Positions 1 through 7,810 of a stretch of DNA of 50,236 bases are shown here, piece after piece. How positions within the stretch are numbered: the first letter of the stretch is position 1; each line of letters begins with the position of its first letter. This stretch comes from Acidovorax sp. SCN 68-22. Lineage in GTDB: Bacteria; Pseudomonadota; Gammaproteobacteria; Burkholderiales; Burkholderiaceae_C. A program made the translations under genes and the position numbers. Where the stretch lies: NCBI GenBank assembly GCA_001724785.1, contig MEDL01000003.1, forward strand, positions 1-50,236, read 5' to 3'. The notes beneath the pieces were generated by a model. That model saw nothing but the letters and a program-made list of their open reading frames with translations. It was not told the origin of the DNA and searched no databases.

Positions 1-2
1 GC

Positions 3-776
3 GACCCCGACGCCTTTGAGCTGATGATCAACTGGTGCGAGCGCACGCAGTCCAAGGTGATCCTGGGCGGCACGCTGACCAGCGGCGCGGACGGCAAGAG
101 CAGCACCAATGCACTGGGCAACGTCCACAACGAAGTGCGCAAAGACCTGCGCGACAGCGACATCCGGCAGGTCTGCGGCACGCTGTCGCGCGACCTGTTG
201 TATCCGCTGGCGGTGCTCAATGGCCTGGCGCCCGATGGCATGCGCCGCTGCCCGGTGTTCCGCCTGGACGTGGGCGAGACGGAAGATCTGACCGCCTATG
301 CCGACGCGCTGCCTAAGCTGGTGGATATCGGCGTCCAAATCCCGGTGCAGTGGGCGCAGGAGAAGCTGGGCATTCCGCAGCCGGAAAAGGGCGAGTCAGT
401 GCTGCAGGCGACTCTGCCTGCCATTTTTCGGCAGGGCGTGGCGGCGGCGGCCGGCCGTATGCCACCCGCTGCTGGCCCCTGGGGTCTGGCCGCTGCGGCA
501 GGGCAGATTCCGGTGAACCCGCAGCCGCCAGGCCCGCAAACGGCCATGCTCCCCCAACTGGCGGAGAAGGTGCGGGCGCCGGCGGCGGCGTGGGTCGAAC
601 AGATCCGGGAACTGGTCTCGGGCGCCACCAGCCTGGAGGAAATTCGTGATGGGCTGGCAAAGCTCGACCCAAACATGAGCCTGGACGACTACGCCGCCGC
701 CATGGCAGAGGCCCTGGCCGCTGCCCAATTGGCTGGCCGCTATGAGGTTCTGCAGGAGGCCGGCGCCAATGGCTGA
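3..776 (+). CDS. Mu-like portal protein (gp29/DUF935 family), C-terminal part; 5' end outside window
   Basis: WCERTQSKVILGGTLTS...SSTNALGNVHNEVRKDL and 'LPKLVDIG..IPVQWAQEKLGIP' motifs typical of Mu gp29; ends AEALAAAQLAGR. Confidence 0.9.
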   Translation, partial: DPDAFELMINWCERTQSKVILGGTLTSGADGKSSTNALGNVHNEVRKDLRDSDIRQVCGTLSRDLLYPLAVLNGLAPDGMRRCPVFRLDVGETEDLTAYADALPKLVDIGVQIPVQWAQEKLGIPQPEKGESVLQATLPAIFRQGVAAAAGRMPPAAGPWGLAAAAGQIPVNPQPPGPQTAMLPQLAEKVRAPAAAWVEQIRELVSGATSLEEIRDGLAKLDPNMSLDDYAAAMAEALAAAQLAGRYEVLQEAGANG

Positions 777-1014
777 TCTCTGGGTTCTTGCCTTCTTGGT
801 GCGGGGCGTGATTGTCAGCGCTGGCGACACCATGACGCTGACCGAGTGCGAGCAGCGGGCCAGGGTGATGCCCCCGGAAGCTACGCGCGCCGTGTGCATC
901 AATGCGCAGCAGCCCATGTGCCGCGTCTACCTCAATGACCACCCGCTGACCCGCGAGCATTCCGCCTGGTGCCGCCAGCGAGCGCTTCGAAACAAGGGGC
1001 GCAGCAATGGCTGA
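769..1014 (+). CDS. Small hypothetical phage protein (81 aa, hydrophobic N-terminus, 4 Cys)
   Basis: ATG at 769 with GGAGG at 755-759; overlaps the portal stop and the gpF start; fills the gap exactly. Confidence 0.7.
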   Translation: MADLWVLAFLVRGVIVSAGDTMTLTECEQRARVMPPEATRAVCINAQQPMCRVYLNDHPLTREHSAWCRQRALRNKGRSNG

Positions 1015-1714
1015 GGCGGCATACGGCAGCTTGCCATTCCGGGAAATGATCGCGTTCTTCCGGCGCAAGCTGAACCTCACCACCGAGTCGTGGCTCGACG
1101 TGTACGCGGCCGAGCACGAATGGTCGTTTGTGGTGGCCGGGGCGAACCGAGACGCCATCGTGCGAGATTTCCGGGCCGCACTCGACAAAGCCATCGCGGA
1201 CGGCACCACGCTGGAGGAGTTCCGCAGGGACTTCGACACCATCGTCGCCCGCCATGGCTGGGACTACAACGGCGGGCGCGACTGGCGCACGCGCGTAATC
1301 TATGAGACCAACCTCAACACCAGCTACGCGGCGGGCCGGTGGGAGCAACTGCAGGCCGCCCCGTACTGGCAATACGAGCACGCGGATTGGGTCCAAAACC
1401 CCCGGCACCAGCATTTGGCCTGGGACGGCATGGTGTTGGCGCGAGATGACCCCTGGTGGCGAACGCACTACCCACCGAACGGCTGGGGCTGCCAGTGCAA
1501 GGTGATCGGCCTATGGCCGCGCGACCTGGCGCGGCTTGGCAAAGCGCAGCCCGACCCGGCGCCTGACGTGCTTTGGACCGAGCGCCTCATCGGCAAGAAC
1601 AGCCCAGGCGGCCCTCGCGTGGTGACCGTGCCCGAAGGCATCGACCCCGGCTTTGAATATGCGCCTGGCCGGGACCGGTGGCGCTCGTACCGCTCACAGG
1701 AGGAGTGGCAATGA
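1007..1714 (+). CDS. Mu gpF-like head morphogenesis / minor capsid protein (short form, no C-terminal extension)
   Basis: LPFREMIAFFRRK, SFVVAGA, RTRVIYETNLNTSYAAGRW, PR..H.AWDG, YPPNGWGCQC motifs of the Phage_Mu_F family. Confidence 0.92.
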   Translation: MAEAAYGSLPFREMIAFFRRKLNLTTESWLDVYAAEHEWSFVVAGANRDAIVRDFRAALDKAIADGTTLEEFRRDFDTIVARHGWDYNGGRDWRTRVIYETNLNTSYAAGRWEQLQAAPYWQYEHADWVQNPRHQHLAWDGMVLARDDPWWRTHYPPNGWGCQCKVIGLWPRDLARLGKAQPDPAPDVLWTERLIGKNSPGGPRVVTVPEGIDPGFEYAPGRDRWRSYRSQEEWQ

Positions 1715-2214
1715 CCGGCACGCGCATGTCCGTCGAGTTCGACGCCAAGACGGCGACGGCCAGCCTGCGCGGGTTACTGGCAGGTATCGAGAACCCGGCG
1801 CCGCTGCTGGCGCAACTGGGCGAATACACGCTGCGCACGACACGCGACCGCTTCAAAAGTCAGACTGGCCCGGATGGCACGGCCTGGCAGGCCCTGGTGC
1901 CCTGGTACAAAAAGGAAAAGTCCCAGAACAAGAACCGCGTGCTGACGTTGCGCGGCTTTTTGCGCGGCCAGCTCGTGTCGCAGGTGGTGGGCAGCAGGTC
2001 CGTCGAGGTGGGCAGCAACCTGGCTTACGCGGCCGTGCATCAGTTCGGCGCCACCATCAAGCCCAAGAGCGGCAAGCTGCTGGCCTTCCGTGGCCACGTC
2101 GCCAAATCTGTGACGATCCCGGCCCGACCCTACCTGGGGCTCTCAGAGGACGACAAAAACGAGCTGGTGGAACGCACGCTGGACTGGCTCAGGACTTCAG
2201 GGGGCCTGAAATGA
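1711..2214 (+). CDS. Mu gpG-like virion morphogenesis protein
   Basis: RF..QTGPDG..W..L, VGSNLAYAAVHQFG, IPARPYLGLS motifs; ATGA overlap with the gpF stop; SD AGGAGG upstream. Confidence 0.92.
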   Translation: MTGTRMSVEFDAKTATASLRGLLAGIENPAPLLAQLGEYTLRTTRDRFKSQTGPDGTAWQALVPWYKKEKSQNKNRVLTLRGFLRGQLVSQVVGSRSVEVGSNLAYAAVHQFGATIKPKSGKLLAFRGHVAKSVTIPARPYLGLSEDDKNELVERTLDWLRTSGGLK

Positions 2215-2519
2215 GCAATCCATGTGTGGTGATCGAGGTCTCCGACCACGACCAATGGGCGCCGTTTCGAGGCTGCCGCCGCATCCCAGATGAGCGCCGC
2301 CCCACGGTGCTGCATCCGTCGAGGGAGGTGGCAGAGCAAGAGGCCGTACGTTTAGCCCGCGCGCACCCGGAGCGCATGTTCGCGGTCTTGGAGGCAGCGA
2401 TCGTCGCGGCCAATGTGACGGTGCCGGCCTATGTCACACTGGGCGGCCAGATGTACGGGGAGCAGCGCTTGCCGCGCCTAATGCAAGTCGGCGAAGGCCC
2501 AGACGACATCCCGTTCTGA
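2211..2519 (+). CDS. Hypothetical phage protein (102 aa) ending in the SSB-like tail DDIPF
   Basis: ATGA overlap with the gpG stop. Contains PTVLH...AEQEAVRLARAHP..MFAVLEA, a pattern I recall from small phage proteins. C-terminus GEGPDDIPF. Confidence 0.8.
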   Translation: MSNPCVVIEVSDHDQWAPFRGCRRIPDERRPTVLHPSREVAEQEAVRLARAHPERMFAVLEAAIVAANVTVPAYVTLGGQMYGEQRLPRLMQVGEGPDDIPF

Positions 2520-2590
2520 CTGTTTCGTGACGCGAAATGGAGTTTCTTGCGACCCATCCCTCCTGTCCCATCGAGTCCCCAAAAATCCCA

Positions 2591-2632
2591 TTTATCGCGC
2601 CTCTCCCTCTTCTTTTATCTCACTCTCGTTCA
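2591..2632 (-). repeat. Candidate transposase-binding repeats at the prophage terminus
   Basis: Imperfect direct repeats TTTATCGCGCCTCTC (2591-2605) and TTTATCTCACTCTC (2614-2627), 23 bp apart and next to the terminal CA. This resembles the tandem R1/R2 site layout of Mu ends. Confidence 0.55.
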
Positions 2633-3151
2633 GTCTGGGCGGCCGAGACCACCATTGCCGCCGCCAACCCCCTGGGCAAGGTCCCTTGCCTGGTGATGGA
2701 CGGCGCCGACGCCATGTTCGACTCGCGCGTCATCGTGGAGTACCTCGATACCCTCTCGCCGGTGGGCAAGCTCATCCCCGCTTCGGGCCGCGAGCGCGCC
2801 GAGGTCAAGACCTGGGAAGCCCTGGCCGACGGCCTGCTCGACGCCGCGATCCTGGTGCGGCTCGAACGCACGTTCGCGGGGCGCAGCGACGGCGAACGCA
2901 GCCAGGCCTGGATCGAGCGGCAACTCGCCAAGGTGCACGCCGCGCTGCGCGCCATGAGCCTTGGGCTGGGAGAGAAGGCGTTTTGCAGCGGCATCCACCT
3001 GAGCCTGTCCGATGTGGCCGTGGGCTGCGCGCTCGGCTGGCTGGAGTTCCGCTTTCCTGAAATCACCTGGCGTGAGGAGTACGCCAACCTGGCGCGCCTG
3101 CAGGACAAGCTCGCCGCCCGCCCCAGCTTCGCCGACACCGTGCCGGGCTGA
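2633..3151 (+). pseudogene. Glutathione S-transferase, 3' part (N-terminal ~32 codons displaced by the prophage)
   Basis: VWAAETTIAAANPLGKVPCL..FDSRVIVEYLD..WEALADGLLDAA..SLSDVAVGCAL is a clear GST. The expected N-terminal MKLIGS..SPYVRKVR segment is absent and replaced by pyrimidine-rich phage-end DNA. Confidence 0.85.
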
Positions 3152-3182
3152 GCGCCGCCGGCGCTGTGCCGGCGGTGGGAAG

Positions 3183-3280
3183 AAAAAAGTTGCGAAGCGC
3201 CCCGACGCGAAGAAGAGAGGGAGGGAGGAGAAGCGCCTCGGGATTTCAGTCGGCCAGGCCGAAAGGCTTCGCAACACAGA
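3183..3280 (-). ncRNA. Candidate structured small RNA with a C/U-rich anti-SD-like loop
   Basis: 10-bp closing stem GTTGCGAAGC (3189-3198 / 3266-3275) followed by U6 on the minus strand. Inner hairpin TCGGC/GCCGA. Stem CCCGA-G-GCG/CGC-G-TCGGG encloses a 24-nt pure pyrimidine loop. Confidence 0.7.
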
Positions 3281-3385
3281 AGTGGATTCGGCACATGGTG
3301 CACCGTTGTCCAGCATGGAGTGCGGCACGCGGCGTGAAGTTCCGCAAAATTGTGTGCCAAAGTCGACAAATTGTGGTGCTCGCCC

Positions 3386-4588
3386 CTACACCATGGCCAC
3401 CAGCCGCTCGATGGGCAGCTGCATGCGCACTTCCTGCTGGCTGACCACGCCCGTGATGCGCCAATTGGGCTGGGCGGTGTCGCGCGGGATCAATTCGCCC
3501 GTCGGCATGCCCGTGCGGCTGCGCACCACGGCCACGCGCGGCGTCGTCGGTGTGGCGCCGCGCTTGAGCACCACGCCGATTTCCTGGCTCGCCAGCTTCA
3601 CCAGCGCCCCCGGTGGGTAAATGCCCAGGGTGTTGAGCATGGCGGCGCCGGCCTCGTCCACCTGGCGGTTCTCGTCGTAGTAGCAGGCCTTGATGGCCGC
3701 CGTCACCGCCATCGGTGTGCGCCCGGCGCGCGGCGCCAGGCGGGCGGCGAAAATGTCCGAGCGCTGCACCAGGCGGGCGATCTGCGACGCCTCGCTGCGC
3801 CCGGCGAGCGGCCCCGGCGCGCGGTCGTGGTGCTGGCGCACGGCATCCAGCCAGACGCGGTCGGCCACCCCGAGCGCCGCGAGCTGGTTGGCCGAGCGCT
3901 CCGCGTGGTCCTGGATCTGGGCGATCTGCGCCGCCGAGAGCGGCGCGCTCTGCTGGGCCAGGCGGTCCTGCAGCTCCGTCATCGAGATGTTCATGGACAA
4001 CGCCACCTGGCCGGTCCGCGCGACCTGGGCGGCGCCCCAGCGCAGGCCGTCGCGCGCCACCAGCATGCACACGCTGGCCACGAGCAGCACGTGGGTGGCG
4101 CTGTAGATGCGGGTCTCGTCGCTGGAGCGCTGGATCAGCGCCAGCAGCGTTGCATCCGGCGCCTGCAGGCAGGCGCGCGCCACCTCGCGCTGCAGGGCGA
4201 CGAAGCGGGTGCTGAAATCCGCCGCGTTGGGGCTGCTGAGCAGCTGCGTGGTGGACCACTGCAGTTCCGGCCAGTCGACCGGCCCCTCGCGCGGGCGGGT
4301 GGCGCTGGCGTGGGCGGAGCCGTCGATCTTCATCGCCGCGATTTCGCCCAGCGAGGTGTCGGAAATCAGCATCTGCTGCAGCTGGGCCAGGTAGGCCCGG
4401 TAGCTGTCGCCGGATTCCTCGATGTCCACGCACAGCTGCACGCCGCGTTCGACCAGCAGGTCCACCTCGTCCTGCTTGCGCAGCACGTAGCCCTTGGTGG
4501 CCAGCAGCGTGCCGTCCGTGCCCCGCAGCGCGAAGGGCAGGGGCTGGCCGAGCACGAGCGATTCGGGGTTGAGCGCGACGAGGTTCAT
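3386..4588 (-). CDS. HD-GYP-like protein with degenerate active site
   Basis: Fold landmarks YSATH, IQDH..RS, VRQHHDR, RSDIFAA, LGIYPPG.LVKLAS.EIGVV. The HD dyad appears as MN (ALSMNISM) and there is no GYP motif. Confidence 0.8.
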   Translation of the reverse strand: MNLVALNPESLVLGQPLPFALRGTDGTLLATKGYVLRKQDEVDLLVERGVQLCVDIEESGDSYRAYLAQLQQMLISDTSLGEIAAMKIDGSAHASATRPREGPVDWPELQWSTTQLLSSPNAADFSTRFVALQREVARACLQAPDATLLALIQRSSDETRIYSATHVLLVASVCMLVARDGLRWGAAQVARTGQVALSMNISMTELQDRLAQQSAPLSAAQIAQIQDHAERSANQLAALGVADRVWLDAVRQHHDRAPGPLAGRSEASQIARLVQRSDIFAARLAPRAGRTPMAVTAAIKACYYDENRQVDEAGAAMLNTLGIYPPGALVKLASQEIGVVLKRGATPTTPRVAVVRSRTGMPTGELIPRDTAQPNWRITGVVSQQEVRMQLPIERLVAMV

Positions 4589-4666
4589 ACGGAGCGCCCC
4601 ATTATGGAACCTGGGCGCCCGCCCCCAGGCGCGCAATAGCGCAGCGGAAGGCGGGCAATTCGGGGA

Positions 4667-7600
4667 CTAGGCCTTGGGAGCCTCTGGCAGCGTGGTGGGC
4701 GGCCTGCGCTCCGGTCGCGCGCGATCGCGCCGCACCAGCCGGCGCAGCCACTGCGCCAGGTCGTCGATGTAGGTGAACACGGCGGGCACCACCAGCAGGC
4801 TCAGCACGGTGGAGGTGAGCAGGCCGCCGATCACCGCCACCGCCATGGGCGAGCGGAAGCTCATGTCGGCGCCGCCCAGGGCGAGCGCGATCGGCAGCAT
4901 GCCCGCGCCCATGGCCAGCGTGGTCATGATGATCGGCCGTGCGCGCTTGTGGCAGGCGTCGAGCAGCGCGTCGATGCGGCTCATGCCCAGGACGGCCGGC
5001 CGGCCGTCGCTTCCGTCGTGCCCGCGCCGCGCCACGATGGCGTATTCCACCAGCAGGATGGAGTTCTTCGTGGCAATGCCCATGAGCATCACCAGGCCGA
5101 TCAGCGAGGGCATGGAAAAGCTCTTGCCGGCGATGAGCAGGCCGACGAATGCGCCGCCGAGCGACAGCGGCAGCGCCATCAGGATGGTCACCGGCTGCAG
5201 CAGGTCCTTGAACAGCAGCACCAGCACGATGTAGATGCAGACCACCCCGGTGAGCATCGCCAGGCCGAAGCTGGCGAAGAGTTCGCCCATCATCTCGGCG
5301 TCGCCGACGTCGATCAGGCGCACGCTGCTCGGCAGGTTGCGCACGGCGGGCAGGCTTTTCACGGCCTCGGTCACCTCGCCCAGGCCGCGCGTGCCCAGTT
5401 CGATCTCGAAGTTCACGTTGCGCGAGCGGTCGTAGCGGCTGATGACGGCCGGGCCGCCGGCCAGGGCCAAAGTGGCGACTTCGCCCAGGCGCACCGGGCC
5501 GCTGGCGCTGGGTACGGCCAGGCGTTCGAGCACCGTGAGGTCCTCGCGCGCCGCGTCCTCCAGGCGCACGACCACCGGCACCTGGCGCTGCGCCAGGTTC
5601 AGCTTGGGCAGGTACTGGTCGTAGTCGCCGACGGTGGCGACGCGCAGCGTTTCGGCAATGGCGCTGCTGGTCACGCCCAGGTCGGCCGCGCGCGCGAAGT
5701 CGGGGCGCACGGCGATCTCCGGCCGCACCAGGCTGGCATTCGAGCTCACGCCCCCGATGCCGGGGATGGTGCGTATGCCCTGCTCGACGGCGCGCGCCGC
5801 GCTGGCCAGCGCCTGCGGGTCCTCGCTGGCGAGCGCCAGCACGTACTTGTCGTTCGAGCCGCCCAGGCCGATCTTCACGCGCGCGCCGGGCAGGTCGGCC
5901 AGCGCCGCGCGCAGGCGCTGCTCGATCTCCTGCTTGAGCGGGCGCTCCCCGCGCGGCGCCAGGCGCAGCGTCAGCGTGGCCTTGCGCGGTTCGCCGGCGC
6001 CGCCGCCGGCGAACGGGTCGGTGCCGGCCGAGCCGCCGCCGATGGTGGTGTAGATGCTCTGCACATGGCCGACGCCTTGCACGCGCTCGGCCGCCTGGAG
6101 GGCCGCGGCGCGCGTGTCGGCGAGCCGGCTGCCGGGCGGCAGCTCGATGTTGACCTGCGTCTGCGCGTTGTCGTCCGCTGGGATGAAGCCCGAGGGCAGC
6201 AGCGGGATCAGCGCGATCGAGGCGACGAAGAACGCCAGCGCCCCGGCCAGCGTCAGCACGCGGTGGCGCAGGCACCATGCGGACGCGCGCATGTAGGTCG
6301 CCAGCCAGCGCGGTTCGTGCGCATGGGGCGCCACCGGCTTCATCATGTAGGCGGCCATCATGGGCGTGAGCAGGCGCGCCACGACCAGCGAGGCGAAGAC
6401 GGCCAGCGCCGCCGTCCAGCCGAACTGCTTGAAGAAGCGCCCCGCGATGCCGCTCATGAAGGCCGTGGGCAGGAACACGGCGATCAGCGAAAAGGTGGTG
6501 GCGATCACCGCCAGGCCGATCTCGTCGGCCGCTTCCATCGCCGCTTCGTAGGGCGTCTTGCCCATGCGCAGGTGGCGCACGATGTTTTCCACCTCGACGA
6601 TGGCGTCGTCCACCAGGATGCCGACGACCAGCGAGAGCGCGAGCAGCGTGATGATGTTGATGGAAAAGCCGAGCAGGTACATGCCGGTGAACGCCGGAAT
6701 GACCGACAGCGGCAGCGCCACGGCGGAAACCACCGTGGCGCGCCAGTTGCGCAGGAACAGCCAGACGACCACGATGGCCAGCAGCGCGCCTTCGTACAGG
6801 AGGTGCATGGAGCTGTCGTACTCGTCGCTGGCGATCTGCACGAAGTCCACCGTGCGTGTCAGCCGCAGGTCGGGGTGTTCGGCGAGCAGCCGGTCGAGCG
6901 CGGCCTGCACGCCGGCGCCCACCTCCACTTCGCTCGCGCCCCGGCTGCGCGACACCTCAAAGCCGATCACCGGCTGGCCATCGAGCAGCGCGGCGGTGCG
7001 CGGCTCGGCCACGGTGTCCTGCACCGCAGCGACCTGGTCGAGGCGGATATGGCGCCCGTCGGTGAGCGGGATGTCGAGCGCCGCGATCTCGCCGGCCGTC
7101 TGCACCGTGGCGAGCGTGCGCACCGGCTGCTCGGCGCCGCCCAGGTCGGTGCGCCCGCCGGCGCTCTCGATCTGCACCTGGCGCAGCTGGCGCGAGACTT
7201 CGGCCGCCGTGGCGCCGAGCGCCTGGAGCTTGAGCGGGTCGAGCGCCACGCGCACCTCGCGCGCCACGCCGCCCACGCGCGCGACGGCGCCCACGCCCGG
7301 CACGGCCAGCAGGCGGCGCGTGAGCGTGTCGTCCACGAACCAGGACAGCGCCTCGTCGTCCATGCGCTCGGAGGCGATGGCGAAGGCGAGGATGGGCTGG
7401 GCCGAGAGCTCCAGCTTGGCGACGATGGGGTCGCGCAGGTCCGCCGGCAGGTCGCTGCGCACGCGCGAGACGGCCGAGCGCACGTCGTCCACAGCTTCCT
7501 GCACGGGCTTTTCGAGCTGGTACTCGGCGGCGATGGTCGCCGAGCCGTCGGTCAGGGTGGTGGTGATGTGCTTGAGCCCCTGCGTGGTGGCGATGGCGTT

Positions 7601-7804
7601 CTCGATCTTGCGCGCCACATCCGCTTCCAGCTGGCCGGGCGCGGCGCCCGGCAGCACGGCCGTGACCATGACCACCGGGAAGTCCATGTCGGGGAAGTTC
7701 TGCACCTTCATGGCGCGGAACGACAGCAGGCCGGCGAGCGTCAGCAGCACGAACAGCATCGCCGCCGGGATGGGGTTGCGGATCGACCAGGCGGAGAGGT
7801 TCAT
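4667..7804 (-). CDS. RND efflux permease (AcrB/AcrD/AcrF family)
   Basis: 1045 aa; MNLSAWSIRNP start; GILVDDAIVEVEN and GIATKNSILLVE proton-relay motifs; RARPIIMTTLAM. Confidence 0.97.
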   Translation of the reverse strand: MNLSAWSIRNPIPAAMLFVLLTLAGLLSFRAMKVQNFPDMDFPVVMVTAVLPGAAPGQLEADVARKIENAIATTQGLKHITTTLTDGSATIAAEYQLEKPVQEAVDDVRSAVSRVRSDLPADLRDPIVAKLELSAQPILAFAIASERMDDEALSWFVDDTLTRRLLAVPGVGAVARVGGVAREVRVALDPLKLQALGATAAEVSRQLRQVQIESAGGRTDLGGAEQPVRTLATVQTAGEIAALDIPLTDGRHIRLDQVAAVQDTVAEPRTAALLDGQPVIGFEVSRSRGASEVEVGAGVQAALDRLLAEHPDLRLTRTVDFVQIASDEYDSSMHLLYEGALLAIVVVWLFLRNWRATVVSAVALPLSVIPAFTGMYLLGFSINIITLLALSLVVGILVDDAIVEVENIVRHLRMGKTPYEAAMEAADEIGLAVIATTFSLIAVFLPTAFMSGIAGRFFKQFGWTAALAVFASLVVARLLTPMMAAYMMKPVAPHAHEPRWLATYMRASAWCLRHRVLTLAGALAFFVASIALIPLLPSGFIPADDNAQTQVNIELPPGSRLADTRAAALQAAERVQGVGHVQSIYTTIGGGSAGTDPFAGGGAGEPRKATLTLRLAPRGERPLKQEIEQRLRAALADLPGARVKIGLGGSNDKYVLALASEDPQALASAARAVEQGIRTIPGIGGVSSNASLVRPEIAVRPDFARAADLGVTSSAIAETLRVATVGDYDQYLPKLNLAQRQVPVVVRLEDAAREDLTVLERLAVPSASGPVRLGEVATLALAGGPAVISRYDRSRNVNFEIELGTRGLGEVTEAVKSLPAVRNLPSSVRLIDVGDAEMMGELFASFGLAMLTGVVCIYIVLVLLFKDLLQPVTILMALPLSLGGAFVGLLIAGKSFSMPSLIGLVMLMGIATKNSILLVEYAIVARRGHDGSDGRPAVLGMSRIDALLDACHKRARPIIMTTLAMGAGMLPIALALGGADMSFRSPMAVAVIGGLLTSTVLSLLVVPAVFTYIDDLAQWLRRLVRRDRARPERRPPTTLPEAPKA

Positions 7805-7810
7805 TCCAGA

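Larger units (their letters stand above)
1..2632 (+). mobile_element. End segment of a Mu-like (transposable) prophage; continues left of the window
   Basis: Mu gp29/gp30/gp31-like genes in tandem with overlapping start/stop codons. Sequence ends ...CTCTCGTTCA (CA at 2631-2632, the Mu-type TG...CA terminus) and then switches abruptly into the middle of a host GST gene. Confidence 0.85.

Noticed and set aside
1007-1714. Possible MuF polymorphic toxin
   Set aside because: The protein ends shortly after the F domain; there is no toxin extension or immunity gene before gpG.
2523-2537. TTTCGTGACGCGAAA palindrome as a terminator or third transposase site
   Set aside because: Short stem, no U-tract, and unlike the TTTATC terminal repeats; cannot be assigned.
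3342-3360. Sigma54 promoter TGGCACACAATTTTGC on the minus strand upstream of the sRNA
   Set aside because: GG-to-GC spacing is 11 nt instead of the strictly required 10.
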